From an uncultured Actinomycetota bacterium (GTDB lineage: Bacteria; Actinomycetota; Actinomycetes; Mycobacteriales; SCTD01), in assembly GCA_963815615.1 (NCBI GenBank), contig CAWFHF010000007.1, positions 307,139 through 371,138 on the forward strand: 64,000 nucleotides of DNA. Reading direction: 5' to 3'. The position numbers and the translations under genes are program-made. Below are positions 19,690 through 29,724 of the stretch, one piece after another (within the stretch, counting starts at the first letter, position 1; each line of letters starts with the position of its first letter). The notes under the pieces are model-generated. The model searched no databases. It had not been told where the DNA came from and worked only from the letters and a program-made list of their open reading frames with translations.

Positions 19690-20523
19690 ATGACCGAGCA
19701 GCTGCCCACCCTGTACGGCGGCGTCACCAGCCGCCGGGTCACCGTCGCCGACCTGCAGAAGGCCAAGGACGCCGGCGAGCGCTGGGCGATGCTCACCAGC
19801 TACGACATGCTCACCGCCGCCCTGTTCGACGACGCCGGCATCCCGGTGCTGCTCGTCGGCGACAGCGCCGGCAACAACGTCCTCGGCTACGAGACCACCG
19901 TCCCGGTGACGCTCGACGAGATGGTGCCGCTGGTGCGCGCCGTCGCCCGGAGCACGAAGCGGGCCCTGGTCGTCGGCGACCTGCCGTTCGGCAGCTACCA
20001 GGGCAGCCCGCAGCAGGCGCTCGCCAGCGCGGTGCGCTTCCTGCAGGTCGGCGCGCAGGCGGTCAAGCTCGAGGGCGGCCGGGCCGTGCTGCCCCAGGTC
20101 GAGCTGCTGGTGGGCGCGGGCGTGCCCGTGATGGCGCACCTCGGGCTGACCCCGCAGTCGGTGAACACCCTCGGCGGCTACCGGGTGCAGGGGCGCGGCG
20201 AGGCGGGCGACCGCCTGCTCGAGGACGCGCTCGCCATGCAGGAGGCCGGGGCCTTCGCCGTCGTGCTGGAGGTCGTCCCCGCCGACCTCGCCGAGCGGGT
20301 GACCAAGGAGCTGCGCATCCCCACCGTCGGCATCGGGGCGGGCGCCGGCACCGACGCGCAGGTGCTCGTGTGGACCGACATGGCGGGCCTGACCCCCGGG
20401 CCCGGCCCGAAGTTCCTCAAGCGCTACGCCGACCTGCGCGGCGTGCTGACGGCGGCCGCCCAGGCCTACGCCGACGACGTCCGGGCCGGCAGCTACCCGG
20501 CCGAGGAGCACGGCTACCGCTGA
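19690..20523 (+). CDS. panB: 3-methyl-2-oxobutanoate hydroxymethyltransferase
   Basis: [27 protein letters not shown]. Confidence 0.96.
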   Translation: MTEQLPTLYGGVTSRRVTVADLQKAKDAGERWAMLTSYDMLTAALFDDAGIPVLLVGDSAGNNVLGYETTVPVTLDEMVPLVRAVARSTKRALVVGDLPFGSYQGSPQQALASAVRFLQVGAQAVKLEGGRAVLPQVELLVGAGVPVMAHLGLTPQSVNTLGGYRVQGRGEAGDRLLEDALAMQEAGAFAVVLEVVPADLAERVTKELRIPTVGIGAGAGTDAQVLVWTDMAGLTPGPGPKFLKRYADLRGVLTAAAQAYADDVRAGSYPAEEHGYR

Positions 20524-20597
20524 GCGGCTGCGGGCGAGGCCGCTGGCGGAGACACCGGGAGCGATCCCGTCGGCAGGCCCGTGGCTAGGGTGCGCCG

Positions 20598-21857
20598 GTG
20601 CGACACCTCGCGGCGGGAACGGCGCTGCTGCTGAGCCTGCTGCTGCCCGTGGCCGCGCCGGTCCGGGCCGCCGAGCAGCCGCCGGCCGCGCCGGACGTGC
20701 CCGCGATCGTGCAGGCCCTGCCCGGCACCCCGGTGGTCCGCGCACCCGGGTCGATCGCCGGCTTCGACGAGGCGGCCGTCCGGCGGGTGACCCCGGACGA
20801 CGTCCGCATCGTGCTCGTGCCGCCGCGCCCGCTGAGCGCGGACGGGGACGACGACGTGTACTCGCTGCTGTCTGCGGCGGCCCGCGAGCGGTCGCTGCGG
20901 TTGCTGCTCGTGCGCGGGACGCAGGTCCAGGTCGTGGGCCGCGGGACCGTCGTGCCCACCGACCTGCCCGGAGCCCGCGACCAGCTCGGCCGGCACGACG
21001 TGACCGAGGAGCTGCTGTTCGGGCTGCGCAGCCTCGACGACCCGCGCGCCGGCGACGACGGCGTCCGCCGACCCCTGACCACCGTCCCGGCTCCCGCCGC
21101 CCTGGTGCGCCAGGTCGGCGACGGCCTGGCCGCCGACCGCACCTGGGTGGCGCCCGGTGTGGACGAGGAGCTCGCGGGGGCGCGTCCGCTCGCCGACCGC
21201 GTGCCCGGGCTCGGGGTGCGCGTGGCGGTGCTCGCGCCGCTGCCCGGCGGCCGGGGCTGGCCGGACCTGCTGACGCCGCTGGCGTCCCGCTTCCCCGGGG
21301 AGCTGGTGGTGGTCGTGCGGGGCTCGTGGCTGGAGGCCACGGGGCCGCAGCAGGCCGACGCCGACCTCGTGCGCGACCAGGTGCTCGGGCTCTACCAGGG
21401 GCTGCTGTCCGAGAGCGCCGTCCCGGCAGCGAACCTCGTCGGGCAGTACCTCGACCGCTACCAGGTGGTGCGCAGCGGTGTGGCGTACGGGCGGCCGCAG
21501 GTGCAGCCCGTGACCGTCCGGGACCTGTTCGGGCGCTGGGCCCCACGGGTCGCCCTGGCCGTCGCGATCCTCGTCGGCGCCTGCCCGCTGCTCTACGCCG
21601 TCGCGGTGCGGCGCCGTCGCCGGCGGGCACGGGACAGCGCGTACCGGCAGCAGGCGGGGAGCGTCCTGGCGGAGGTCGCCGCCCTGTCCGTCGCCCTCGT
21701 CGACACCCCGGCGGGCACAGCCGGCTCCGCCGCGGAACGGCACGCCGCCGCGCTGGCCCTGCTCGAGCAGGCCGCGCGCACCCGCGACCCGGAGGTGCTG
21801 CGGGCGGCCGCCGGCGCGGCCGCGGAGGCGCGCCGGCTGCTGGTGGCGGCGACGTGA
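20598..21857 (+). CDS. Exported single-TM hypothetical protein with a duplicated extracellular domain
   Basis: Signal peptide, C-terminal TM followed by RRRRRR and a helical tail. Confidence 0.65.
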   Translation: MRHLAAGTALLLSLLLPVAAPVRAAEQPPAAPDVPAIVQALPGTPVVRAPGSIAGFDEAAVRRVTPDDVRIVLVPPRPLSADGDDDVYSLLSAAARERSLRLLLVRGTQVQVVGRGTVVPTDLPGARDQLGRHDVTEELLFGLRSLDDPRAGDDGVRRPLTTVPAPAALVRQVGDGLAADRTWVAPGVDEELAGARPLADRVPGLGVRVAVLAPLPGGRGWPDLLTPLASRFPGELVVVVRGSWLEATGPQQADADLVRDQVLGLYQGLLSESAVPAANLVGQYLDRYQVVRSGVAYGRPQVQPVTVRDLFGRWAPRVALAVAILVGACPLLYAVAVRRRRRRARDSAYRQQAGSVLAEVAALSVALVDTPAGTAGSAAERHAAALALLEQAARTRDPEVLRAAAGAAAEARRLLVAAT

Positions 21858-22777
21858 AGGGCCGCCGCCACCGGGGCCTGTCCCTGCTCCTGCTCGTCCT
21901 CGTGCTGCTGGCCGCCCTGCCGCTGGTCCGCTACCTGCGCACGCCCGGCGAGGCGCGCCAGGCGGCGGCGGGCCTGCGCAGCAGCGCCGTGTTCGTGCCC
22001 CCCGGCGCCCGCGGCGTCCTGGACGCCGACCGGGTCCGCCAGGTCGTCGGCGACCGGCCGCTCGTGGTGGCGGTGCTGGCGGCGGGCTACCGCGGGGACG
22101 CCCTGGACGGCTGCGAGGCGGTCGCCCGCCAGCAGCCCCGCAACGTCGTCCTGACCTACCGGGCGAGCGACCCGGGCGGCTACCCGACGCTCTGCCACGG
22201 GCGCTCCTTCCCCGAGCCGGACGTGCCGGCGCCGGCCGCGGACGACCTCGACCGGACCGACCTGTGGCTGTTCCGACTCGGCATCTCGGTGCAGCGCGCC
22301 ACGGTCTACCGGGTCTCGCGCACGACCCTCGACCGCACGCCCGAGGTCGAGTCGCTCGTGCTGGCCTTCGACAACCAGGTCGCTCAGGACTACCCGGACG
22401 GCATCCCCCGCCGGGTCGCCTCCCCCGAGCCGGAGACCCTCGCCCGCGTCCTGGTGCGGCTCGCCGGGCTGGTCGGCCTCCTGCTCGCCCTGGCCGCCGC
22501 GCTGCGCGGCGTCGCGGTCCTGGTCGAGCGCCGGGTCGAGGGCGACCGCGCGCTCGAGGACCGTCGCGCGACCCTCGGAGCCCAGCTGTCCGCGGCCTCC
22601 GCGCTGCTGCTGCACGCGCGGCCCCGCAGCCGGGACGCCGCCGAGCGCCTGGCCCTCGTGGCGGAGCGCTACCTGCTGGCGCTGCAGGCCGTCGAGCACG
22701 CCGCCACAGCGGCCCAGCTCGACGAGGCGGAGCGCGCCGTCGCCGAGCTCAGCCGGTCGGCAGGGGTGTCGGCGTGA
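21854..22777 (+). CDS. Two-TM hypothetical protein, apparently paralogous to the upstream gene
   Basis: GTGA overlap; N-terminal TM, shared domain motif, second TM and helical tail. Confidence 0.65.
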   Translation: MKGRRHRGLSLLLLVLVLLAALPLVRYLRTPGEARQAAAGLRSSAVFVPPGARGVLDADRVRQVVGDRPLVVAVLAAGYRGDALDGCEAVARQQPRNVVLTYRASDPGGYPTLCHGRSFPEPDVPAPAADDLDRTDLWLFRLGISVQRATVYRVSRTTLDRTPEVESLVLAFDNQVAQDYPDGIPRRVASPEPETLARVLVRLAGLVGLLLALAAALRGVAVLVERRVEGDRALEDRRATLGAQLSAASALLLHARPRSRDAAERLALVAERYLLALQAVEHAATAAQLDEAERAVAELSRSAGVSA

Positions 22778-23058
22778 CGTGGGCCGTCGTCGCCGCGCTG
22801 CTCGCGGCCGGCGCCGTCGCCCCGGTCTGGCTGCGCCGCCCCGCCCGGACGGACGCCCCCCGGGCGGCCGCGCGCTCAGCGCACGCCCGGCTGCTGCACG
22901 CCGTCGCCACCGTCGAGGCCGACGCCCTCGTGCGCGAGCGGGCCCGCGAGCGCCTCACCACCTGCGGTGCGCTGCTGGCCGGGCGTCCGTCGGCCCGGCG
23001 GGCCCGGCTCGCCAGGGAGGTCGCCGACGAGGGCCTGCGGCTGCTGGGCGGCCCCTGA
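22774..23058 (+). CDS. Small membrane-anchored hypothetical protein, 94 aa
   Basis: GTGA overlap; N-terminal TM plus helical tail. Confidence 0.6.
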   Translation: MTWAVVAALLAAGAVAPVWLRRPARTDAPRAAARSAHARLLHAVATVEADALVRERARERLTTCGALLAGRPSARRARLAREVADEGLRLLGGP

Positions 23059-23082
23059 CCCCCCTGCTCGACGCCCGGTGTC

Positions 23083-23442
23083 TCAGGCGGGGCCGTCCAC
23101 GTTCACCACGACGTCGCCGGTGCCCCGGCGCACCAGCACGACCTCGGCGGTCTCGCCGGTCGGGTTGCTCTCGCGGTGGACCGTGTGGGCCGGCACGTGC
23201 ACGAAGTCGCCCGGCCTGCCCTCGACGACGCCGTCCTCGGTCTCGACGGCGAACACGCCCCGCACCACGTAGGCGACGGTGTCGTGGGTGCCGTGGTGGT
23301 GCCAGCCGCTGGTCGCCCCGGGCTCGGTGAGCACGCGCCCGGACCAGACGTCGTCGAGCACGACGGCGGCCTCGCGGCGCATGCCGGGGGTGGGGTGGCC
23401 GGGCACGAGCTCGTCGGCGGCGACCTTCGTCACGGGGGTCAT
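23083..23442 (-). CDS. Cupin domain protein
   Basis: SGWHHHG and GDFVHVPAHTVHRE cupin motifs; ATGA overlap. Confidence 0.85.
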   Translation of the reverse strand: MTPVTKVAADELVPGHPTPGMRREAAVVLDDVWSGRVLTEPGATSGWHHHGTHDTVAYVVRGVFAVETEDGVVEGRPGDFVHVPAHTVHRESNPTGETAEVVLVRRGTGDVVVNVDGPA

Positions 23443-24188
23443 GACAGCTGAGCCTGCAGCACGTCGCGGGCCTCGGCGAGCGACGGGCCGTACCAGGTGA
23501 GGTGGCGGCCGCTGACGCAGCGCGCGGGCACGCCGGGGAACGCCTCGGGACCGTCGTCGGGGGTGAACAGGTAGGGCTCGTCGGGCAGCACGACGAGGTC
23601 GACCCCGTCGACGGGCGGGGTGAAGCGGGGGTAGCGCTCGGGCGAGCCGGCGAGCACGTGGTCGACGCCGAGCCGCGCGAGCACGTCGCCGGCGAAGGTG
23701 TCGCGCCCCAGCGCCATCCACGGCCGTCGCCACACGGGCACGACGGCGGTGCGGCGCCGGCCGGTCCAGGGCTCGGCCCAGGCGGCGTCGGCCGCGTCGA
23801 GCCAGCCCGGCCGGTCGAGGCCGCACGCGGCCAGCGCCCGCTGCAGGCTGGCCAGCGCCTCGGGCACCGTCTGCGGGGAGGTGACCCAGACGGCCAGCCC
23901 GGCGTCGCGCAGGGCCTGCAGGTCGGGCTCGCGGTTCTCCTCGGCGTTGGCCAGCACGACGTCGGGCCGCAGGGCGACCACCGCCTCGACGTCGGGGTTC
24001 TTGGTCCCGCGCACCCGCGCGACCTCCAGGCCGGCCGGGTGGGAGCACCAGTCGGTGGCGCCGACCAGCAGCCCGGGAGCCGTCACGGCGACCGACTCGG
24101 TCAGCGACGGCACCAGGCTGACCACCCGCGACACGGTCGCGGGCAGGGTGACGGGCCGGCCGGTGTCGTCCTCAGACGTCCGTGACAC
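23439..24188 (-). CDS. Helical-backbone metal receptor (BtuF-like) without a signal peptide
   Basis: RVVSLVPSLTE, GTKNPD, PDVVLANAEEN, TWYGPS. Confidence 0.8.
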   Translation of the reverse strand: MSRTSEDDTGRPVTLPATVSRVVSLVPSLTESVAVTAPGLLVGATDWCSHPAGLEVARVRGTKNPDVEAVVALRPDVVLANAEENREPDLQALRDAGLAVWVTSPQTVPEALASLQRALAACGLDRPGWLDAADAAWAEPWTGRRRTAVVPVWRRPWMALGRDTFAGDVLARLGVDHVLAGSPERYPRFTPPVDGVDLVVLPDEPYLFTPDDGPEAFPGVPARCVSGRHLTWYGPSLAEARDVLQAQLS

Positions 24189-24861
24189 GGAGCCCCGCGT
24201 GCGCCTTGTAGCGGCGGTTCACCGAGATGAGGTTGGCGGTGAGCGCCTCGACCTGGTGGGCGTTGCGCAGCCGCCCGCCGTAGATCCCGCGCATCCCCGG
24301 CACCACGCCGACGAGCGCCTGCACCAGGTCGGTGGCCTCGCGGTCGTCGCCGAGCACGAGGACGTCGGTGTCGAGGGTCTGCACCGTCTCGTCGAGCAGC
24401 AGCACCGCGCTGACGTGGTGGAAGGCGCCGACCACCCGGCTGTCCGGCAGCACGGCCTGGGCCTGCTGGGCGGCGCTGCCCTCCTCGACCGGCAGCGCGA
24501 ACGCGCCCTGCTTGTCGAAGCCGAGCGGGTTGACGCAGTCGACGACGACCTTGCCGGCCAGCTGGGCCGTCAGCGACGCCAGCAGCTCCTTGTGGCCGTC
24601 CCAGGGCACCGCGACGACGACGACGTCGCCGGCCTCGGCGGCCGCCGCGTTGTCGGCGCCGGTCACCTCGCCCGGCAGCCCGGCCGCGGCCTCCTGGGCC
24701 CGCCCGGCGTCGCGCGAGCCGAGGACGACGCGCAGGCCGCCGAGGGCGAAGCGGCGGGCCAGGCCGCGGCCCTGCTCGCCGGTGCCGCCGAGGACGGCGA
24801 CGACCTGTCCCGACAGCGGCGAGGGCGGGGGAGTCGGGTCCGGCAGACTGGTCTCGGTCAC
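24172..24861 (-). CDS. npdG: NADPH-dependent F420 reductase (Fno)
   Basis: LGGTGEQGRGLA, LGSR, VDCVNP, EALTANLISVN. Confidence 0.92.
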   Translation of the reverse strand: MTETSLPDPTPPPSPLSGQVVAVLGGTGEQGRGLARRFALGGLRVVLGSRDAGRAQEAAAGLPGEVTGADNAAAAEAGDVVVVAVPWDGHKELLASLTAQLAGKVVVDCVNPLGFDKQGAFALPVEEGSAAQQAQAVLPDSRVVGAFHHVSAVLLLDETVQTLDTDVLVLGDDREATDLVQALVGVVPGMRGIYGGRLRNAHQVEALTANLISVNRRYKAHAGLRVTDV

Positions 24862-25068
24862 CGCGCGAGTCTTGCAGCCCTGCTCCGTTGGACGGTGCAG
24901 GGAGCCCCCGCCTCCGGGCGGACCGGCCCTCGGCAGGACCCCGGCCCCGCCTCCCGCACGCTGGAGCAGCTCGACCAGCAGGAGTCGGGGCACAGACGGC
25001 GAAACAGACAGCACACCTCCGGGTCCCCCGACCCGGCAGCGGCCAGGACGACACGGACGGAGCGCACG

Positions 25069-26142
25069 GTGGACGGCGACCAGGTGGACGGCGGCGCGGC
25101 ACAGCCGCCCGCGCCCCGGCGCCGCCCCGCCCGCCCGCTCCGGCCGCCGGGCACCGCGCGGGTCGCCGCCCTCGACGGCCTGCTGCGCGACATCGACGAC
25201 CTGCGCCGCACCCTGGAGACCGACCTCAGCCTGGCTGCCGGCGCCGTCGACGCCGGTGCCCCCGACCTCGCCGCGTCGCTGCTGGACGGTGACCGGCTCG
25301 ACGTCGCCCGCTTCGAGCAGCGCGCCCTGGTCCGCCTGCAGGCGCTCGCCGACGTCGACGCCGAGGACGACCTCGTCGACGACCTGGCCGCCGAGCTCGC
25401 CGCGGCGCGGGCGGCCGTCACGCCCCTGCCGGCCGGGGTCGTCGCCCTGCCGCGCCGCCGGTCGCGGCTCGCCCGCCTGCTCCCGGCCGCCCCGATGGTC
25501 GCGGCCGCCGCGGCGCTCGTCGGCTTCCTCGGCGTCGTGCCGTCGGGCCCGTCGCGCCCGGCGCCCGAGGTCACCTCCGACGTGTCGGGCGCCCTCCTGT
25601 CCTCGTGGGAGGAGCTCGAGCGGCTCACCACCAGCGACGCCCCGCCCGAGCAGGTGCAGCGCGCCGCCCGCGACCTCAACGCCGAGATCGCCGACATGGT
25701 CGCGAGCTCCGACGCCGAGCCCGACGCCGCCCGGCGCGCCCTGGCCCTGCTGCGCGAGGCCGAGCTCGTGCTGTCCGCCGACGACGACGCCGCCGAGCTG
25801 CAGCAGGTCCTGCAGCAGTCGCGGGCGCTCGCCGCCCGGCTGCTGGCCAGCCTCCCGCCGGTGGCCGCCCGCCCGCCGCGGCTGCCCGCGACCGCTGCGC
25901 CGGCCGTGCCGTCGGTCCCGGCCCTGCCCGTCCCGGTCGAGCCGACCGCTCCCCCGGCGGCCCGCCGCAGCCCCGAGCCCGCGCCCGACGGCGCCCCTGC
26001 GGTCGTGCCCGAGCCGGGCCGCTCGGCGGCACCGGCGTCCCCGCGCACGAGCCCCTCCGCACCGCCGCGCCCGTCCGACCCCTCGCCGAAGGAGTCGCCC
26101 ACCGCCGGCGTCCTGCCGCGCCCGGCCATCGAGCCGCTCTAG
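25069..26142 (+). CDS. Hypothetical single-TM protein with a Pro-rich C-terminus
   Basis: Codon pattern consistent with coding; acidic helical N-domain, TM MVAAAAALVGFLGVV, Pro/Ser tail. Confidence 0.6.
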   Translation: MDGDQVDGGAAQPPAPRRRPARPLRPPGTARVAALDGLLRDIDDLRRTLETDLSLAAGAVDAGAPDLAASLLDGDRLDVARFEQRALVRLQALADVDAEDDLVDDLAAELAAARAAVTPLPAGVVALPRRRSRLARLLPAAPMVAAAAALVGFLGVVPSGPSRPAPEVTSDVSGALLSSWEELERLTTSDAPPEQVQRAARDLNAEIADMVASSDAEPDAARRALALLREAELVLSADDDAAELQQVLQQSRALAARLLASLPPVAARPPRLPATAAPAVPSVPALPVPVEPTAPPAARRSPEPAPDGAPAVVPEPGRSAAPASPRTSPSAPPRPSDPSPKESPTAGVLPRPAIEPL

Positions 26143-26188
26143 CGAACCCGCTGGACGACCGGCCCGCGCGCTGGGACGGTCCCCTGCC

Positions 26189-27508
26189 GTGAGCCCGACC
26201 GAGCCCCGCAGCGGCCCCGACCCCGTGGCCCTGCAGCCCGAGCCGGCCGCGGCAGCCACGGCAGCGCGGCGCAGGGTGGTCCTCGACCTCGCCCCGCTGC
26301 GGCACCGCGACTTCCGCCTGCTCTTCCTCGGCCAGGGCACCTCGTTCCTCGGCAGCATGATCACGTACGTCGCGGTCCCGTACCAGGTCTACGCGCTCAC
26401 CGGCAGCTCGCTGCAGGTCGGCCTCCTGGGAGCCGTCGAGTTCGTCGCGATGATCACGACCGCGCTGCTCGGCGGTGCGCTCGCCGACGCCGTCGACCGC
26501 CGGCGCATGGTGCGGCTCACCGAGCTGGGGCTGCTCGCCTGCTCGGCCGGCCTGCTGGGCAACGCCCTGCTCGCCAGCCCCCGCCTCGCGGTCGTGTACG
26601 CCGTCGCCGCGCTGGCGACCGCCCTCGACAGCCTGCAGCGCCCGAGCCTGGACGCCCTGCTGCCGCGGCTCGTGCCGCGCGAGGAGCTGCTGCCGGCCGC
26701 CGCGCTGTCGTCGCTGCGCAGCAACGTCGGGATGCTGGCCGGCCCCGCCGTCGGCGGCGTCCTCATCGCCTCCGCCGGGCTCGAGGCGACCTACGCCGTC
26801 GACGTCCTCACCTTCTGCGCCTCGCTCGTGGCGCTCACGCTCATGCGCGCCGTCCCGCCCCCGCCCGACGCCGCCCGGCCCAGCCTGCGCGGCGTCCTGG
26901 AGGGGCTGCGGTACGCGCGCAGCCGTCCGGAGCTCCTCGGGACCTACCTCGTCGACGTCAACGCGATGTTCTTCGGCATGCCCAACGCGCTGTACCCCGC
27001 GGTGGCGGCGTCCCTCGGCGGTGCGCAGGTGCTCGGGCTGCTCTACACGGCCCCGGCCGCCGGGGCCCTGCTGGCCAGCCTGACCTCCGGGTGGACCGTC
27101 CGCGTGCACCACCACGGCCAGGCGGTGCTGTGGGCGGCCGGGCTGTGGGGCCTGGCGGTCGTCGGCTTCGGGCTGTCCGGCGCCCTCGCCCCCGCGCTGC
27201 TGTTCCTCGGCCTCGCCGGCGCCGCCGACATGGTCAGCGGGCTGTTCCGCTCCGCCGTCTGGAACACCACCGTCCCCGACGAGCTGCGCGGCCGGCTCGC
27301 CGGCATCGAGCTGATCAGCTACTCCACCGGCCCCACGCTGGGCAACGTCGAGGCCGGTGCGGTCGCCGCGCTCGCCGGCCCGCGGTTCAGCATCGTGTCG
27401 GGCGGGGTGCTGTGCGTCGCCGGCACCCTGCTGCTGGGCGCCCTGCTGCCCGGCTTCCGCCGCTACGACGCCCGCGACCACACCGCCCCTACGGCGCCGC
27501 CGGCCTGA
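26189..27508 (+). CDS. MFS transporter (EntS-like, MFS_3)
   Basis: GGALADAVDRRR motif A, PDELRGR, about 12 TM segments. Confidence 0.88.
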   Translation: MSPTEPRSGPDPVALQPEPAAAATAARRRVVLDLAPLRHRDFRLLFLGQGTSFLGSMITYVAVPYQVYALTGSSLQVGLLGAVEFVAMITTALLGGALADAVDRRRMVRLTELGLLACSAGLLGNALLASPRLAVVYAVAALATALDSLQRPSLDALLPRLVPREELLPAAALSSLRSNVGMLAGPAVGGVLIASAGLEATYAVDVLTFCASLVALTLMRAVPPPPDAARPSLRGVLEGLRYARSRPELLGTYLVDVNAMFFGMPNALYPAVAASLGGAQVLGLLYTAPAAGALLASLTSGWTVRVHHHGQAVLWAAGLWGLAVVGFGLSGALAPALLFLGLAGAADMVSGLFRSAVWNTTVPDELRGRLAGIELISYSTGPTLGNVEAGAVAALAGPRFSIVSGGVLCVAGTLLLGALLPGFRRYDARDHTAPTAPPA

Positions 27509-28896
27509 ACAGCAGGGTCCGCGTCGGCCGGGTCCGCGGTCACCAGCTCCACCCGCAGCCGCTGCCCCAGCGGCAGGTCGGCCCCCTCCAGCCGCCCGCG
27601 CACCGGCGGGTCGAGCAGCTGGACGGTGCCGCCCTTGGCGGAGGCCTCCACGACCGCCCCGTCGAAGACCTCGCCGACCCGCGGGGCCAGCAGCAGCGTC
27701 TCCGCCAGGTCCACCACGGCCCGGTCGAGCGCGGCACTCCGGCGGTCGGCGGCGGTCATCACCTCGGGCAGCCGCGGCAGCGCCTCGCGCGCCCAGCCCG
27801 GGACGGGGGTGCCGGCGGACAGGGCGACGCAGACCTCGCCCACGTGCCGGTCGGCCAGCCGCCGCAGCGGCGCCGTGCAGTGCGCGTACACCGACGCCAG
27901 GGCGCTGTGCAGGGGCTGCTCCGGCGGGGCGCCGTCGAAGGGCGTGTAGCCGGCGCCCCGCAGCAGCCGCGTCGCCAGCACCAGCACCGCCGCGTGGGCC
28001 GCCCGCGCCGGGTCCAGGCCGCTCACCACCTCGCCGTAGGAGGCCTGCTCCGGCCACGCGACGCCCAGGGCCAGCGCGCTGCGGCGCAGCGCCTGCACGT
28101 CCTCGGGCGCGGCGGGCGGCAGGGTGCGCAGCAGGCCCACCCCGCCGTCGAGCATCAGCCGGGCCGCCGCCATCCCCGTCAGCAGGCTGATCTGCGCGTT
28201 CCACCCCTCCACGGGCAGGGGGGCCCGCAGGGTCAGCACCGGCCGGCCGTCGGGGCCGTCCTCGACCTCCTGCTCCGGCGTCGGCAGCTCGACGGCGCCG
28301 CGCTCCCGGGCCCGCTCCTGCCGCACGAGCCCGACCTCGCGCAGCAGCCCCAGGGTCGGGTCGGTGTCGAGCTCGGCCTGCGCCTGCGGGTAGGAGAGCT
28401 GCCGGCGCGACCGCACCCGGGCCCGCTCCACCGTGACGTCCCGCGGCTCGCCGTCGGCGCCGAGGGCCAGCGTCCACACCAGCGCCGGCCGCACGACGTC
28501 GGCCAGCAGGCTCGCCGCCCCCTCGGACAGCACCGGCGGGTGCAGGGGCACACGCACGTCCGGCAGGTACAGGGTCTCGCCGCGGCGGAAGCACTCGGCG
28601 TCGACCGCGCCGCCCGGGACGACGAACGCCGCGACGTCGGCGATCGCGTAGCGCAGCAGCCAGCCGTCGCCGTCGCGCTCGAGGGCGAGCGCCTGGTCCA
28701 GGTCGCGGCTGCCCTCGGGGTCGACCGTGAGGAACGCGACGCCGGTGAGGTCGAGGTCCGGCAGCTCCGGCGCGGCCGCGGCCCGCTCGGCCTCGGCGAG
28801 CACCTCCGCCGGGAAGCCCCCGTCGACCCCGGCCTCGCGCCGCAGGTCGGCCCAGCCGGGCGGGTCGGGCGGGAGCAGGACGCGGGGGCTCGGCAC
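27463..28896 (-). CDS. RNB-domain exoribonuclease (RNase II/R family)
   Basis: TVDPEGSRDLDQA, IADV, RGETLY, YAHCTAPLRRLAD. Confidence 0.9.
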   Translation of the reverse strand: MPSPRVLLPPDPPGWADLRREAGVDGGFPAEVLAEAERAAAAPELPDLDLTGVAFLTVDPEGSRDLDQALALERDGDGWLLRYAIADVAAFVVPGGAVDAECFRRGETLYLPDVRVPLHPPVLSEGAASLLADVVRPALVWTLALGADGEPRDVTVERARVRSRRQLSYPQAQAELDTDPTLGLLREVGLVRQERARERGAVELPTPEQEVEDGPDGRPVLTLRAPLPVEGWNAQISLLTGMAAARLMLDGGVGLLRTLPPAAPEDVQALRRSALALGVAWPEQASYGEVVSGLDPARAAHAAVLVLATRLLRGAGYTPFDGAPPEQPLHSALASVYAHCTAPLRRLADRHVGEVCVALSAGTPVPGWAREALPRLPEVMTAADRRSAALDRAVVDLAETLLLAPRVGEVFDGAVVEASAKGGTVQLLDPPVRGRLEGADLPLGQRLRVELVTADPADADPAVQAGGAVGAVWSRAS

Positions 28897-28905
28897 CGCT
28901 CGACC

Positions 28906-29682
28906 CTAGGCGCGCACCCCGTCCACGGACCGGCCCGCGTCCAGGTCGATCACCCGGGGAGCCTCCGGGGCGGCCGCGGAGCACTCCCTGGGGAGCTCGG
29001 CCCAGACGGCCTTGCCCGGCGGCCGGGAGCGCACGCCGTGCTCGACCGCCAGGACGTCGACCAGGTGCAGGCCCCGCCCGCCCTCGGCGTCGTCCTCGGC
29101 CGGCCGGGGGGCCGGCCGGCTGGTGCCGGCGTCCGCCACGACCACGGTCACGCAGTGCTCGCAGGTGCCGATCTCCAGCTCGACCGGGGGCTGCCCGTGC
29201 CGGACGGCGTTCGTGACCAGCTCGGACACCACCAGGGCGAGGTCGTCGCCGTCGAAGCCGTGCTCCTGCGCGCACTCCCGGGCGAGCCGGCGGGCCTGAC
29301 CGGCGGCCTCCGGGCCGCAGGTCAGCTCGGCGCGCACGCACTGCTGCTCCTCCGGGCGGTCGTCGACGCAGGCGAGGGCGTCCTCGCGGCAGCCGTGCAC
29401 CTGCACCTCGGGCAGCAGCACGGCCGACAGCGCCTCCGGCGCGCAGCAGACGGTCAGGGACGGCCGCGGCCAGCCCCCGGCGCGCGCCGTGGCCCAGTTC
29501 AGGACGTCGATGGCCTCGGGCGACAGGTCGCCGGTGTCGGACAGGTCCAGGACCACGCCGCGGGGCCCGGCGCCGAGCGCCCGGTGCACCGCCGCCTGCA
29601 GGGCGGCGGCGTCGGAGCCTGCGACCGGACCGGCGACCACCAGGACCTCGACCCCCTGCGTGACCTCCTGCGACAGCAGCAC
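28906..29682 (-). CDS. STAS (anti-anti-sigma) plus HATPase_c (anti-sigma) fusion
   Basis: VVLDLSDT STAS motif; VVSELVTNAVRHG, EGGRGL, GKAVWAEL. Confidence 0.8.
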   Translation of the reverse strand: MLLSQEVTQGVEVLVVAGPVAGSDAAALQAAVHRALGAGPRGVVLDLSDTGDLSPEAIDVLNWATARAGGWPRPSLTVCCAPEALSAVLLPEVQVHGCREDALACVDDRPEEQQCVRAELTCGPEAAGQARRLARECAQEHGFDGDDLALVVSELVTNAVRHGQPPVELEIGTCEHCVTVVVADAGTSRPAPRPAEDDAEGGRGLHLVDVLAVEHGVRSRPPGKAVWAELPRECSAAAPEAPRVIDLDAGRSVDGVRA

Positions 29683-29724
29683 GGGGATCCTTCGGCTCGG
29701 GGGCGGGACGTCGATGACCGACCC

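Noticed and set aside
24985..25050. Possible c-di-GMP riboswitch (GGCGAAAC...CCGGGTC/GACCCGG hairpin)
   Set aside because: Lacks the GNRA-capped P2 stem and the GCAAA junction; only a 7-bp hairpin is supported.
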